From positions 4,117,371 to 4,181,370 of the forward strand of contig MU054338.1 in NCBI GenBank assembly GCA_013239625.1: a DNA stretch of 64,000 nt, read 5' to 3'. The DNA is from Lama guanicoe (lineage: Eukaryota). The notes beneath the pieces were generated by a model, which searched no databases, had not been told where the DNA came from, and worked only from the letters and a program-made list of their open reading frames with translations. The first letter of the stretch is position 1, and each line of letters begins with the position of its first letter. Shown here in pieces: positions 1 through 12,930 of this stretch. Position numbers and translations under genes: made by a program.

Positions 1-2439
1 GAGTCACTCTGGGGGGCGATATGCCTCAGTTACACAAGCGGGGTCGGGCTGCGCCTCTTCCCTCCCACATTAGTTCTTTCGAGGCACTTCTCTCCCAGGC
101 TCCACACCGCCCTATAGGAAATGCAGATGCATCTGGGTCCCCCATGGAGGAAGAGAAAGATGCTACAGGGAAAGAAGACTAACTGGGCGGCACAGATGGC
201 CAGCATCCATGTGGCTTGTCACAACTCGCAGCCCCTGACCTTCCCCGGGGTCCCCTCACACAATGCCCTCTCTGTTCCGGCTCCCCAGCAATCCAGCAGT
301 GAGGCCGGCCCCCTTGCCGCCTCAACCAGCAATTGTCCCTGGCACAGAGCAGCCGCTCCAGAGGGCTGCCCACCTCCTGAACTCTGCAAAGCCCCAGGGA
401 GCCCGGGAGCCCAGGGAGTGTGCAGGGTGGGCAGTCCCTCCACCAGCCCATAGGGTGAGGGCAAGGGGAGGAGATGTGCTGAACCCCAAGGGTCTGGGTT
501 CTCTGCTTAACCACTCAGCACTGCTCTCCCCTGCCGAGTCATAATTTAAACTGAGGGCAAGTGGGGAAAGCCAGCTGGGCAGCCCAAGGCCACCTCCACT
601 CAGGATCTGGAGGCCCCGGCACGCCCACAACACGTTGCCAGTCCTGCCACACTGCCTACGTCACTGTCTCCCCAACACACGGACATGTCCAAGAAGATGC
701 CTCTGAGAGCTTCTGGCTTGGAAGCTGGCCTTACTTTAAAACAAAACAAAAAGCAAAAAAAAACCTTTCTGAATAAAGCCATGCATACTTCCCAGTAAAA
801 TGTACAAGACGCCCTTTCTGTGACTTCAGCTAATGGCATTTGAGAAAAGTCATGGAAAGTTAGTGATGGTTAGGGCTCATTGTCCAATAATAGCTCACTG
901 TGGGGAGCGGGGGTAGAGGGCAGGGAGGATGTCTACTATTAGCAGAAAACAACCAAAATAAGCTTTTTCACATTTTCTGTTTCTGACAATCAGGCTGTCT
1001 CTTGAAGTCAGCACGCACCCTTGACGGGCTGCTCCTCCTCCTCTGAAGTGTGCTGTTACTGTCGGTGCATCTCACAGCGCAGGGGCAGGGACCACAGGAA
1101 GCCACAAGGTCAAGGGCAGCTTCGGGGGAGTTTCTGCACCCACACTCCAAATGGCCCCAGCTGAGGGGCCGGCATTCACTCCCCAGCAAATGTCCGCAGG
1201 ACAAGGAGGGGGCTGCCAGCCCAATGTGGATGTGGGAAATGATGGTGCAGGTTTCTTTGCACGCGCACAACCTCTCGTCTCCATCCTACGATTAATCCTC
1301 TCCTGATCTCACCAATCACTCCAAGCCTGAGACTCAGGACTAGGGGGCCACTAGCTCCAATTTGAAAAGGAAAAAAGTTGAGATAGGTCAGCTCCCCGGC
1401 ACCTGCTCAAGCTGAAACCAAGCCACCAAGCCACACTCTCACATGGACACTTCAGGGCCCCCTTGCCCCTGGACACCGACCCTGCTTTCCCAGGGCACGG
1501 ATAAGTGCTTCCTGTATGGCGGCCACTGAACTAGCCCCAGGAAAAGTGAGACCAGGTCTGCCTGGTGACGGGGCGCGCTACCACAGAACAATCTGGGACA
1601 GGCATGAGGCAGGCGCCTTGCCAGGATTCTGAAGCCAAGGCCGCAAGATCTCATGGCCAAAGAGGCAGATGAGCCCAGAGGGGTCGGAGGGATCAACCCT
1701 TCCCTGAGGATCTCACAGCACACCCACTTGCTACACACAGGTCTGAGATGTCATTTTATAGAGCACATGTGATCACACACAGCCCCACTGAACGTCTCCT
1801 CCTACCCGTGGCCTCCTTTCTGAACCCAGATGTCCCTGACCTGCAAGCCTCTGCCACTCACCAGGAAGGCTGCCTTCCCGTCCTCTCTGCCCGGCTGACA
1901 CAGACTCACCCTGAGTCAAGAGTAAGCCTCTCTTCCTAAGGGAAACCTTTCCCAGCACCACCCCCCTTCCAAGGGCAGCCCTGTAGCCCGGGCAGTGGCC
2001 GCGCCTCCACTGCAGGGCACTGATGGCTTGTTCTGGTGCCACCAGCCTTGTTACTGCTTGTTCAGCACCTCGCTCTGTCGGTCTGGGGGCTCCATGAGAC
2101 GAGGGACCGGATCCACTTGGATCCTCACTGTGTCCTAGACTCAGTAAATACCTGCTGCACGAATATATCAATGAAACTGAAGCCAAGAAGGAGAAAAAAA
2201 AAAAAACAGGAGAAAAACAATTTCCCCTTCTCACTGTAAATAAATACATTTTTCTAAAAACCCTCAACTGCAAAGAATAAATGAGAATGGCATCCCCTAC
2301 TAGATACCATCTTCCTACAGGACGTTTCCTTCTGCCTCTTTTAACAGCTGTTTCAGAGCACACTGCCAGTGGGTGGGCTGAAAAAACAAACTCACGGGGT
2401 TTTAGATTCCTTTTGCCAAACCCAAAGCACAATCCAAAA

Positions 2440-4760
2440 ATGACAAAAACAATGGTAAACTCGACTGTCAAAATGTAAAACTTTTGCTGGGCAAAAGACA
2501 CTGTTAAGAGAATGAACAGACAAGAAACAGATTCGGAAAAAATATTCTCAAATCATACACTGCATAAAGAACTTGTATCCAGAGTATATAAAGAACTATT
2601 CAAAATCAAAAGAAAACAAATTAAAATCCCTTCTCTCCCTTCCTTTCTTTCCTCTATCCCTTTTTTATCCTTTCTCTTTCTTACAAATCCATAAATAAAT
2701 AAAAAGAAAAAGAAAAAGACAAAGACAAAGAAAACAATTGACACAATTTTAAAAAAAAAGGCAAAAATTCTGAATAGTCACTTTTCCAAAGAAAATAGAT
2801 GAGTTGCAAATTAAGACAGGAAAGATGCTCAGTGTCATCAGGGAAATGCAAATCAAAACCTAATGAGACACACTTCACAGCCACCAGCACAGCTATCATC
2901 AGAGACAGAGAGTGTGGACCAGGATGTGGAGGAACTGGAACCCCCAGATGTGGCTGGCTGGAATGCAAAACGGTGCAGCCACTGTGGAAAACAGTTTGGC
3001 AGTTACTCAAAAAGTTAAACACAAGATTACTGAAAGACCCAGCAACTCTATCTTTAGGCAAATGCCCAAGAGGAATGAAACACAATGTGCACAAAAACAC
3101 TTGTACACAAAGTAGCTAATAGGTGGAAACAACCCAAATGCCCTTCAACTGATGAATGGATACACAAGATGCAGTCCAGTCTGAATGGAATATACTGAGA
3201 CATAAAAAGGAATGAAGCACTGACATCTGCTACAATGTGGACGAACCCTGAAACATTACACTAAATAAAAGCAGCCAGACACAAAAGGCCAGAGTGTATG
3301 AATCCACGGATGGGAAACGTCCCAGAACAGGCAAATCTGAGAGTGGGTTTGTGGTTGCCAGGGGCTGGAGGAGGGGGAATGGACTACTAAGGGCCAGGGT
3401 TTCTTTTTGGAGTAATGGAAATGTTCTAGAATTAGTGGTGACTGATACTAAAAAGCACTGAAATGATACGCTTTAAATGGATGAATTACATGGTATTTAA
3501 ATTATATCTCAATAAACCTAATTAAAAAAAAAAGAGATACCACTACTCACCCATTAGAAAAGCAAAAAGAAGCAACAGACCTTACCAAGTGCCAGCAAGA
3601 ACGCAGAGCAGCAAGGAGCCACCTCTGCTGGTGAGGGTGCTCAGCGGCAGCCACCTCAGCCTGCGGTGGGTAGTTTCTTGTGCTGTTAAACACACCTGAA
3701 CTGTAACACCCAGCAATCCCACTCCTGGCTGTTCACGCAAGGGAAAGGAAAACACATGCACACGACAACCTGCCTGCAAGTGTAAAGCAACTTTATCCAG
3801 AATCACCAAAAACTAGAAGCAACTCAGATATCCTTCAACCAAAAAAAGGATAAACAAATGCAGGATTATCCACACAATAAAAAGGAATGAGCTATTCATT
3901 CATTCAACAATGTGGATGAATCTTAAGTGCATTTTGCTATAGTGAAAGAAACCAGACACAAAGGGCTACATGTTGTATCGGTCTATTTATATGACATTCT
4001 GGAAAAGGCAAAACTGTAAGGATGGAAAACAGATGAGTTTTTTCAAGAGACAGGGTAGGGAGAGGCGCCAACTTCAAAGGGACAGTATGAGGGGACTTGG
4101 GGAGAACGAGACTCTCCTGTGCAGTGCTCTCGTGATGGATGAGTGACTCTGCCAGTCAAAGCCCAGAACAAATTTCACTGAAGACAAACTAAAATGATGA
4201 TGATAATAATGACCAGATGAGCGGGGTAAGGGAGCCCAAGATGGAGCATGGATGAGGACTGATGAAACTGACTGTACTCCAAATGTACAGCCCAGCCACC
4301 AACAAAGATGGAGGAAAAGAGCTGCCACAGGTAACCCTGTAGGGCAGCACTGTACCTGGTACCGGAACTGCATGCAGACACCGTAAATTCACCTCTCACA
4401 GGAATACTGGTTGGAGATCCTAAAACTACTTTTCAGATATACTGAGATTAAAACAGGTAACCAAATATACTGCAGGTAAGGCAAACCATGTTTCTCCCTT
4501 CAGAGAAGAAGTTAAAATAAGAAAGAGGCGGGGGTGCTAGAATGAACTCAGTGGTGCTGGACTGGAGTTGGAGACACTGCACAAACTGATGTTTATTTTG
4601 ATGCATATACAGACAGACAGATACGGGGATAAACACAGGCAGGGGTGGTTAGTATATATGCATATATTTCCCAGATCTGTCATATGAGGGGCCTAAGAGC
4701 AGTGACACCCCAGGAGAAGTGCTCCTAGAGCTTGGTTTTTAAATACCTTTCTCCAGTAAA
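2440..4760 (+). mobile_element. Old L1M-type LINE-1 3' fragments (several pieces)
   Basis: Decayed ORF2 C-terminal words (CKTVQPLWKTVW, ggtgcagccactgtggaaaacagtttgg), L1M 3'UTR and an AATAAA/poly-A end near 3511-3533, then further L1M 3' pieces. Confidence 0.8.
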
Positions 4761-5044
4761 AAGTCAACACCCATTTGTGATAAAAACACTCAACAAAACG
4801 GAAGCCATATATGAAAAGCCCACAGCAAACGTCACACTCAATCATGAAAGACTCAAAGTCTTCCCTCTAAGATCAGGAATAAGGCAAGGTGGCCTGTTTT
4901 CACCACTTTTATACAACATACAGGAAGTCATAGACAGAGCATTAGGGGAAAAAAAAGGTGGGGGGGAGGCATCCAAATTGGAAAGGAAGAAGTAAAATTA
5001 TCTCTGATGGCAGATGATATAATCTTATATGTAGAAAATCCTAC

Positions 5045-5047
<3 letters not shown>

Positions 5048-5075
<28 letters not shown>
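5048..5075 (+). repeat. (AC)n microsatellite
   Basis: Perfect AC run. Similar runs at 6556-6583 and 53816-53840. Confidence 0.95.
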
Positions 5076-5546
5076 CTGTTAGAATAAATGAATTAGCAAA
5101 GTTACAAGATATAAAATCAACACACACAAAAATTAACTGCAAGTCTACACACTAACAATGAACAATGTGAAAAGGAAATTAAGGAAACAATTCCACTTAT
5201 AATAGCATCGAAAAGAATAAAATAATTCGAGGTTAACCAAGGAAGTAAAGATGTGCACAATGAAAATGTATAAAACATGGCTGAAAGAAATTAAAGACAT
5301 GAATGAACAAATATTGCATGTTCATGAATTAAGAAGACTTCATATTGTTAAAATGTCAATATTACCCAAAGTGATCCAGGGACTAATGCAATCCCTATCA
5401 AAATTCCATGACTTTTTTTTTCCAAATAGAAAAATCTACCCCAAAATTCATATGGAATCTCAAGAGACCTCAAATAACCAAAACAATCCTGAAAAGTAAG
5501 AATAAACTTGGAAAACTCACATTTCCTGACTTCAAAACTTACTACA

Positions 5547-7000
5547 GAACAGAATAGAGAGCCCAGAAATAAACCCACACACTTGTGGTCAACTGATTTA
5601 AACAAAGGAGGCAAGAATATTCAATGGAGAAAAGAGAGCCTCTTCAATAAGTGGTGCTAGGAAAACTGAACAGCTACAAGTGAAAGAATGAAATTAGAAC
5701 ATTCTTTAACAGCATATACAAAACTAAACTCAAAATGGATTAAAGACGTAAATGTAAGACCATGAACCATAAAACTCCTAAGGGAAAGCTTAGGCAGAGC
5801 TCTTTGATACAAATGTTAGCAATATTTTTTTGGATCTGTCTCCTAAACCAAAGGAAATAAAAGCAAAAATAAACAAGTGAGATCTAATTACTTAAAAGCT
5901 TTTGCATAGCAAAGGAAACCACTGACAAAATGAAAAGATAATCTACTGAATAAGAGAAAACATTTGCAAATGACATGACCAATAAGGGATTAATACCCAA
6001 AATATATAAACAGCTCATACAACCCAACATCAGAAAAAAAAAAAACCTCAGTAAAAAAATGGACAGAAGACTGAACAGACATTTTCCAAAGGGGACATTC
6101 AGATGGCCAACAGTCACATGAAAAGATGCTCAACAATGTTAATCATAAAAGAAATGCAAGTTAAAACCACAATGAGACAGCACCTCACACCTCTAAATGG
6201 GCTCAGAATAGCTATCATCAAAAAAAAAAAACAACCCACAAATAACAAACGCCGACAAACATACAGAGAAAACGGAACCCTTGTACACTGTTGGTGGGGA
6301 TGTAAACTGCTGCAGCCACTGTGGAAAACAGTAAGGAGGTTCCTCAAAAATACTAAAAGTAGAACTACTGTATGACCCAGCAATTCCATCCTGGATATAT
6401 AACTGAAAAAAAAAAAAACAAAAACACTTATTTGAAAAGATACATGCACCCCAATGCTTGTGTAAATAACGTAAGGCATTATTTACAATTGCCAAGATAT
6501 GGAAGCAACCTAAGTAATCATCAACAAAGGAATGGATAAAGAAAGTGCGGTGTGTACACACACACACACACACACACACACACTGGAATACTACTCAACC
6601 ATAAAAAGAACAAAAGTTTGCTGTTTGGGACAACATGGATGGACTTGGAGGGTACTACGCTAAGTGAAATAAGTCAGAGAAAGACAAACACAGTTAAGAT
6701 ATGTGGAATCTAAAAAATAAAATAAACCAGTGAACAAAACAAAAAGGAAACAGAATCACAGATATTGAGAACAAACTAGCAGTAACCAGTGGGAAAAGGG
6801 AAGGGGGGGCAAGATAGGTGTAGGGGATTAAGAGGTATAAACTATTATGTGTAATAAGTGACAAGGATATATTGTATAGCACAGGGAACATAGCCAATAT
6901 TTTAAACAGAGTATTATGTTTAAAAATTGTGATCACTATGTTGTACACTTGTAATATATAATATTGTACACCAACTATACTTGAATTTTTTTTAAAAATT
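5547..7000 (+). mobile_element. Younger 5'-truncated L1 nested in the older L1
   Basis: MANSHMKRCST...VHCWWGCKLLQPLWKTV, a cetartiodactyl-type 3'UTR (agcacagggaa...), and TSD aaaacttactaca (5534-5546) / aaaacttattaca (7001-7013). Confidence 0.85.
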
Positions 7001-10000
7001 AAAAACTTATTACAAAGCTATGGTAATTAAAACAGTGTGAAACTGGGCATAAAGATAGACATACAGACCAACGGAAAAGACAAGAAAGTCCAGAAATAAA
7101 CCCTCATATACATGGTCAGATAATTTTCAACAAGGGCATCAAGGTCATTCAATAGGAAAAGGACAATCTTCTCAACAAATGGTACTGAGAAAAGTGGATA
7201 TCCACATCCTAAAGAATGAAACTTGACCCTTACCTAATACCATATCCAAAAATTAACTCCAAAGGGATGAAACACCTAAATATAAGAGCCAAACCTATAA
7301 AATTCTTAGAAGAGAAGAGAGGGCAAAAGCTTCACAACACTTGGTTTGATAATGATTTCTTGGATATGACACTAAATGTGCAGGCAAGAAAAGGAAAAAT
7401 AGACACATTGGACTTCATGAAAATTCATAACTTTTATGCATCAAAGTACATGACCAACATAGTAAAAAGGCAACACACAGAATGGGAGAAAATATTTACA
7501 AATCAGGTATCTGATAAGGAATTAATACCCAAAATATATAAAGAACTCCTAAAACTCAACAACAAAACCCAATTCAAAAACAAGCAAAGGACTCAAATAG
7601 ATATTTTCCTAAAGAAGGTATACAAATACCCAACAGGCACATTAGAAGACACTCAACATCACTAATCATTAGAGAAATCAAATCCAAATCATAAGGAGAC
7701 ACCACCTCAAACTCTTTATTATGGATACTATCCAAGAAAGGAGAAAGCAACAGGTGTTGACAAGGACATGGAGAAACCAGAACCCTTGGGTGGTGAGAAT
7801 GTAAAATGGTCCAGCTGCTGTGGAAAACAGCATGGTGGGTCCTGAAGAAAACTAAAATAGATTTACTATATAATCCAGCAATTCCACTTCTGGGTATATA
7901 TCCCAAAGAATTGAAAGCAGGGTCTCAAGGAGGTATTTGCACACTTGTATTCATAGTAGCATTATTCTCAGTAGCTAAAACGTGGAGGCAACCCAAGTGC
8001 CCATGGATAAATGGATAAGCAAAATGTGGTCTATCCATACAACGGAATATTGTTCAGACTTAAAAAGGAATGAAACGCTGACATACACTACAACGTGGAT
8101 GAACCTTGAAAACGTTATGCTCAGTGAAGTAAGCCTAATACAAAGGACAAGTATTGTATGATTCTACTTACATGCAACATCTGTAATAGATAAGTTCATA
8201 CAGACAGAAAGCTGAACAGGGGGCACCAGGGGTTGAGGGCAGGAGAGATTATTATTTAATTGGTACAGTTTTACTTGGGATAAACAAAAAGTTCTGGAAA
8301 CAGATAGTAGTGATGGCTGCACAACATTGTGCATATTCTTAATGCCACTAAATTGTACATTTTAAAATGGCTAAAATGATAAATATGTTAGACACACATA
8401 TATAGCACATACTACAAATGACAAAATCAATAAACTGAACTTCATCAAAATCAGGACACTATGTTGACTCTGTGCAGGACACTAAGAGATTAAGAGATTG
8501 AAAAGACAAGCCATAGATGAAGAAAATATCTACAAAGTGAAGGTGTTATAAAAGACTGATATCCAGAAACATAAAGAACTCTTAAAAACTCAATAATAAG
8601 AAAACAGACATCTCAAATTTGAAAAAATGGTCACTTTGAATAGGCACCTCATCAAAGAAGATAGAAAGGCAAATAAGCATATGAAAACATGCTCAAAGCC
8701 TTAAGTCATTAGGGAAAAGTCCAGAACCAGATGGTTTCACTGGTAAACTCTACCAAATATTCAAAGAATTAACACACATTCTACTCAAACTCTTCCAAAA
8801 ACAGGAGAGGAAAGAATACTTCCTAACACATTCTATGAAACCAGTATTATCCTGATACCAAAATCAGACAAAAATACCACAAGAAAACAAATTACAGACC
8901 AAAATCCTTGTGAATATAATATTCTCAAAAATATACTAGCAAACCAAATCCAATAGCACATATAAAAGATTACACATATAACCAAGTGGGATTTGTCCCA
9001 GGAATGCAAGGATGGTTCAACCAATGTAATACACCACATTTATAAAATAAAGGGGGAAAACCCACATGATTATCTCAACAGAGGCAGAAAAAGTGTTTAA
9101 AAAAATGTAATACCCTTTTATTAAAAAATTCAGTAAACTAGGGATAAAAGAGGGTTTCCTTAACCTGATAAAGGGCATTTATGAAAAACTCACTGCTAAC
9201 ATCATACTCAATGGTAAAAGACTGAAAAATTTTCCCTAAGATCAGGAACAAGACAGGAAAGACTACCTTCATCATTACTATTCAACATTGTACTGAAGTC
9301 CTAGCCAGAGCAATGAGGCAAGAAAAAGAAAAAAAAAAAAAAAAAAAAAAAGGCATCCAAATTGGAAAGAAAAAAAGTAAATTATTTCCATTTGCAGATG
9401 ATATCTTTAATGTAGAAAATCCCCAAAAACCCATAAAACATTACTAAAGATAATAAACAGATTCAGTAAAAGTGCAGGGTACAAGATCAACACACACACA
9501 AATCAGTTATGTTCCTATATACCAGTAATGAACATTCTGAAAGGAAATTAAGAAAACAATTCCACTCACAGTAGCATGCAACAGAATAAAATACATGGGA
9601 ATAAATTTAGCTAAGAAAGTAAAAGACTTCTACACTGAAAAATACAAAACACTTCTGAAAGAAATTAAAGAAGACCTAATTAAGTGGAAAGGCATCCGTG
9701 TTCATGGGTTGGAAGATTTCAGTATTAAGATAGTTAGTATCTCCAAAGTACTTACAGATTCAACGCAGTCCCTACCAAAATTCCAGTGGCCTTTGGCAAA
9801 TATAGAAAAGTCAAACATCAAATTCATACGTAATCCCAAGAGGACTACAACAACCAAAACTATGTTAAGAAACAAATAAGTCCCCCCCACAAAGTTGGAG
9901 GACTCAAATCTCCTGATTTCAAAACTTCCTATAAAATGACAGTAATCAATACAGTATGGTACTAGAATAAAAATAGACATAAAGACCAATGGAATAGAAC

Positions 10001-10045
10001 AGAGATAGTCCAGGGGGTGGGGGGTGGGGAGGGACAGACTGAGAT

Positions 10046-10226
10046 NNNNNNNNNNNNNNNNNNNNNNNNNNNNNNNNNNNNNNNNNNNNNNNNNNNNNNN
10101 NNNNNNNNNNNNNNNNNNNNNNNNNNNNNNNNNNNNNNNNNNNNNNNNNNNNNNNNNNNNNNNNNNNNNNNNNNNNNNNNNNNNNNNNNNNNNNNNNNNN
10201 NNNNNNNNNNNNNNNNNNNNNNNNNN
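10046..10226. other. Assembly gap (181 N)
   Basis: Run of N. Confidence 1.
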
Positions 10227-11239
10227 AAAAAAAAAAAAAGTTAAAAAAAAGTTTAAAAAAAAAAAAAAAGAACTGAGATAGTCCAGAAATAAAACCAAAT
10301 ATCTGTGGCCAACTGACTTTCAATAAAGATGCTAACCACTCAATAGGGAAAGAAGAGTCTCCTCAATAAATGGTGCTGGGACAACTGAACAATCACATGC
10401 AGAAGAATGAAGCTGGACCCTGCTGCAGCCCACATAACAAAAATTAACTCAAAATGGATCACCTATCTAAATACAAGAACTAAAACTGTAAAACTAGTAC
10501 AAGTAAACATAGGAGCAAATCTTCATGATCTCAGATTTGGCAACTGAGTCTGAGATTTGACACCACAAGTGTAACAGAAGAAAAAAAATAGATAAACTGA
10601 ACTTTATAAACATTAAAATAAACTTTCATACATCAGAGGATATTACTGGAATATAATAAAACAGCCCCTAGGAGGGGGAAAATATTTGCGAGTCACACAT
10701 CTGGTAAGAGTTTAATACCTAGAATACATTAAAAACTCTAACAACTCAACAACTAAAAGACAAAAACTCAATTAAAAAATGGGCAAAAGAGGTATACAGC
10801 CATTTCTCCAAAGAAGATATATAAATGGCCAACAGCACGTGAGATGTTCAGCATCACTGATCATCAAGGAAATGCGAATCTAAACCTCAGTGGGACACCA
10901 CCTCACACCTACTAGGATGGCTACAGCAAAACAAAGAGCGATGGAAAGCGACAAGCACTGATGAGGATGGAGAGACAGGAACCCTCCTATGTTGCTGGCG
11001 GGAATATAAAATGCTGCAGCCAATGCAGAAAACAGTTTGGCAGATCCTCGGCAAAGTTAAACACCAAATTACCACATGACCCAGCAATTCCACTCCTAGG
11101 CATATACCCCAAAGAACTAAAGGCGGGAACTCAAACACACGTGTCCAAGCACATTCTCAGCAGCAGGGGTCACGGCAGCGAGGAGGTAGAAACAGCCCAG
11201 ATGTCTGCCAAGAGAGAAACAGGTACACGGGCTGTGGTC

Positions 11240-11836
11240 CAGCTGGTCGTCACTACTTGCACATTCCATGTTTTCATCTTCCTCTATTCACTAAAATTCA
11301 CTTATAAACCCCAAATCAGTACTTGTGGCTCTCACATCCACTCACAGATACACATGGAGTTGTGAAAGGCGAGCTGCCCGCACCCTCGTCTCCAGCTGCT
11401 CGGCCTTCTTCTGCAGTTCTCACACTAAACAGATGTCCTCCTCCCAGTGCCATTTTTACCGAATGTCTGTGCTTCTGCTATCTGAAATGGCCCCAAGCCC
11501 AGGGCTGAAATGCTGTCCAGGGTTCTTAAGTGCAAGGCTGTGATGTGCCTTACAAAGAAAACATGTCCGTTAGACAAGCTTTGTTCAGGCATGAATGATG
11601 GTGCTGTTGGCTGTGAGCTCAATGTTAATGAATCAACAATGTACAGTAAATAAGGAGTCTTCAAACAGAAGCACCCATGAAACAAAATTATGTATCACTG
11701 ATTGACAAAAATGTGCCCCGCGGCTTGCGGGAACTTAACCCGTTAGTCCCCTTGTAGCAATGGTTCAGTCTCCACTAATTCAATGTTCAGGGTGACCCGA
11801 CAGAACATAACTATTTCAGGTAATGAGAACTGACTG
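11240..11836. mobile_element. TcMar-Tigger non-autonomous DNA transposon (MER82-like)
   Basis: Ends cagctggtcgtcact / gagaactgactg and internal aatgttaatgaatcaacaat...aataaggagtcttcaaacagaa match my recall of this family. It splits the surrounding L1 3' segment. Confidence 0.65.
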
Positions 11837-12173
11837 CACATCGTGTATGTCTTCACACAATGGAGCATCTCATTCAGCCATAAAAAAGGAGTGAAGCACT
11901 GATACTCACCACAACGTGGATGAACTTTGAAAACATATGCTAAGTGAATGCAGTCAGACACAAAGGGACACATATTGGATGATTCTTTTTGTATGAAATG
12001 TCTAAATTCATAGAAAGCAGATTAGAGGTTGCCAGAAGATGGGGGGAGGGGATGAAAAATCTGAAAGGAGAGCGTTGACATTAGGAATGCACTAAATGTC
12101 ACTGAACTGTACACTAAAATGCTTCATTATACGCTATATGAATTTCACCTTAATAAAAATTTTATTTCACAAT

Positions 12174-12930
12174 TGTGGTATCATAGAAAGAACTTGGTCT
12201 TTGTTCTGCTGAATTCCTGGCACAGATCTCCTAAAACCCCTGGAACTTCCTGAGTGAAGGGGTGATGGGAGTGCCCTTTGTTCTAATAGGGCAACTTTTG
12301 GCCTCCAGACAGCCTCACGATGGGGCTGGTACCCAGAAAGACCCAGTCTTGATTAAAAGTTCGGAACTTTCATCTCGCTCCTGACCTCCCACCTCTTGGT
12401 GGGGGAGGGGTGCTAGAGATTGACTTGATCAACAGTGGCCAATGATTTGACCATGCTGACATAATAAAGCCTCCGGAAGACATGTGAACGCAGAGTTTGG
12501 AGAGCTTCAGAGCACGTGAGTACAGAGGTGCCAAGAGGAGCAGGCATGGGAGCTCCACCCACCCCATGCCACGCCCCCTGCACCTCTCCCACCTGGCTGT
12601 CTGAACTGTATCCCACACAATAAACCCGTAACAGTAACTAAGTGCTTATCAGAGTTTTGTGAGTTGTTCCAGCAAATTATGGAACCCGAGGGGGGCGTGG
12701 GAATCCCCGATTCACAGCCGGGCTGTCAGAGGTGCAGGAGGCCCAGACTTGTGACTGTCGTCTGAACAGGGAACAGACCCGTGGGGCCGAGCCCTTAACC
12801 TGTAGGGTCTGCGCTGACTCGAGCAGCTGGTGGCAGAACTGAACTGAACCGCTGGACACCCCGACAGCATGTGCAGAATCAGAGCCAGAGGAGCGGTGTC
12901 GGGAAAGACACTGCGCGCCCGGTGTCAGCA
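12174..12930. mobile_element. Solo LTR, MER21-like (ERVL)
   Basis: ttcctggcacagatctcctaaaacccctggaacttcctgagtga, gccaatgatttga, aataaacccgtaacagtaac, agttgttccagcaaattatggaaccc are MER21-type words. Confidence 0.7.

Larger units (their letters stand above)
4760..8400 (+). mobile_element. Decayed LINE-1 ORF2 and 3'UTR, interrupted by a younger L1 at 5547-7000
   Basis: RT words [17 protein letters not shown] and MADD (FADD motif). The frame at 7216 gives MKLDPYLIPYPKINSK. Many stops and frameshifts. Confidence 0.9.
8420..12165 (+). mobile_element. Decayed LINE-1 ORF2 and 3'UTR with nested insertions
   Basis: ccagaaccagatggtttcactgg (PGPDGFTG-like), tttgcagatgat (FADD), MGINLAKKVKDFYTEKYKTLLKEIKED, and 3'UTR to about 12160. 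Contains the gap and a Tigger-type element. Confidence 0.88.

Noticed and set aside
1773..2501. 242-aa minus-strand ORF as a possible MLLT1 exon
   Set aside because: No similarity to the expected ENL exon 4 (EEPRKVCFTYDLFL); it starts at an L1 edge and runs through a poly-T.
7216..7665. 149-aa ORF and other L1 ORF2-like ORFs as an active retrotransposon
   Set aside because: Fragmented by stops and frameshifts, with no intact ORF1, ORF2 or 5'UTR.
9702..10323. ORFs containing X runs
   Set aside because: Artefacts of translating through the N gap.
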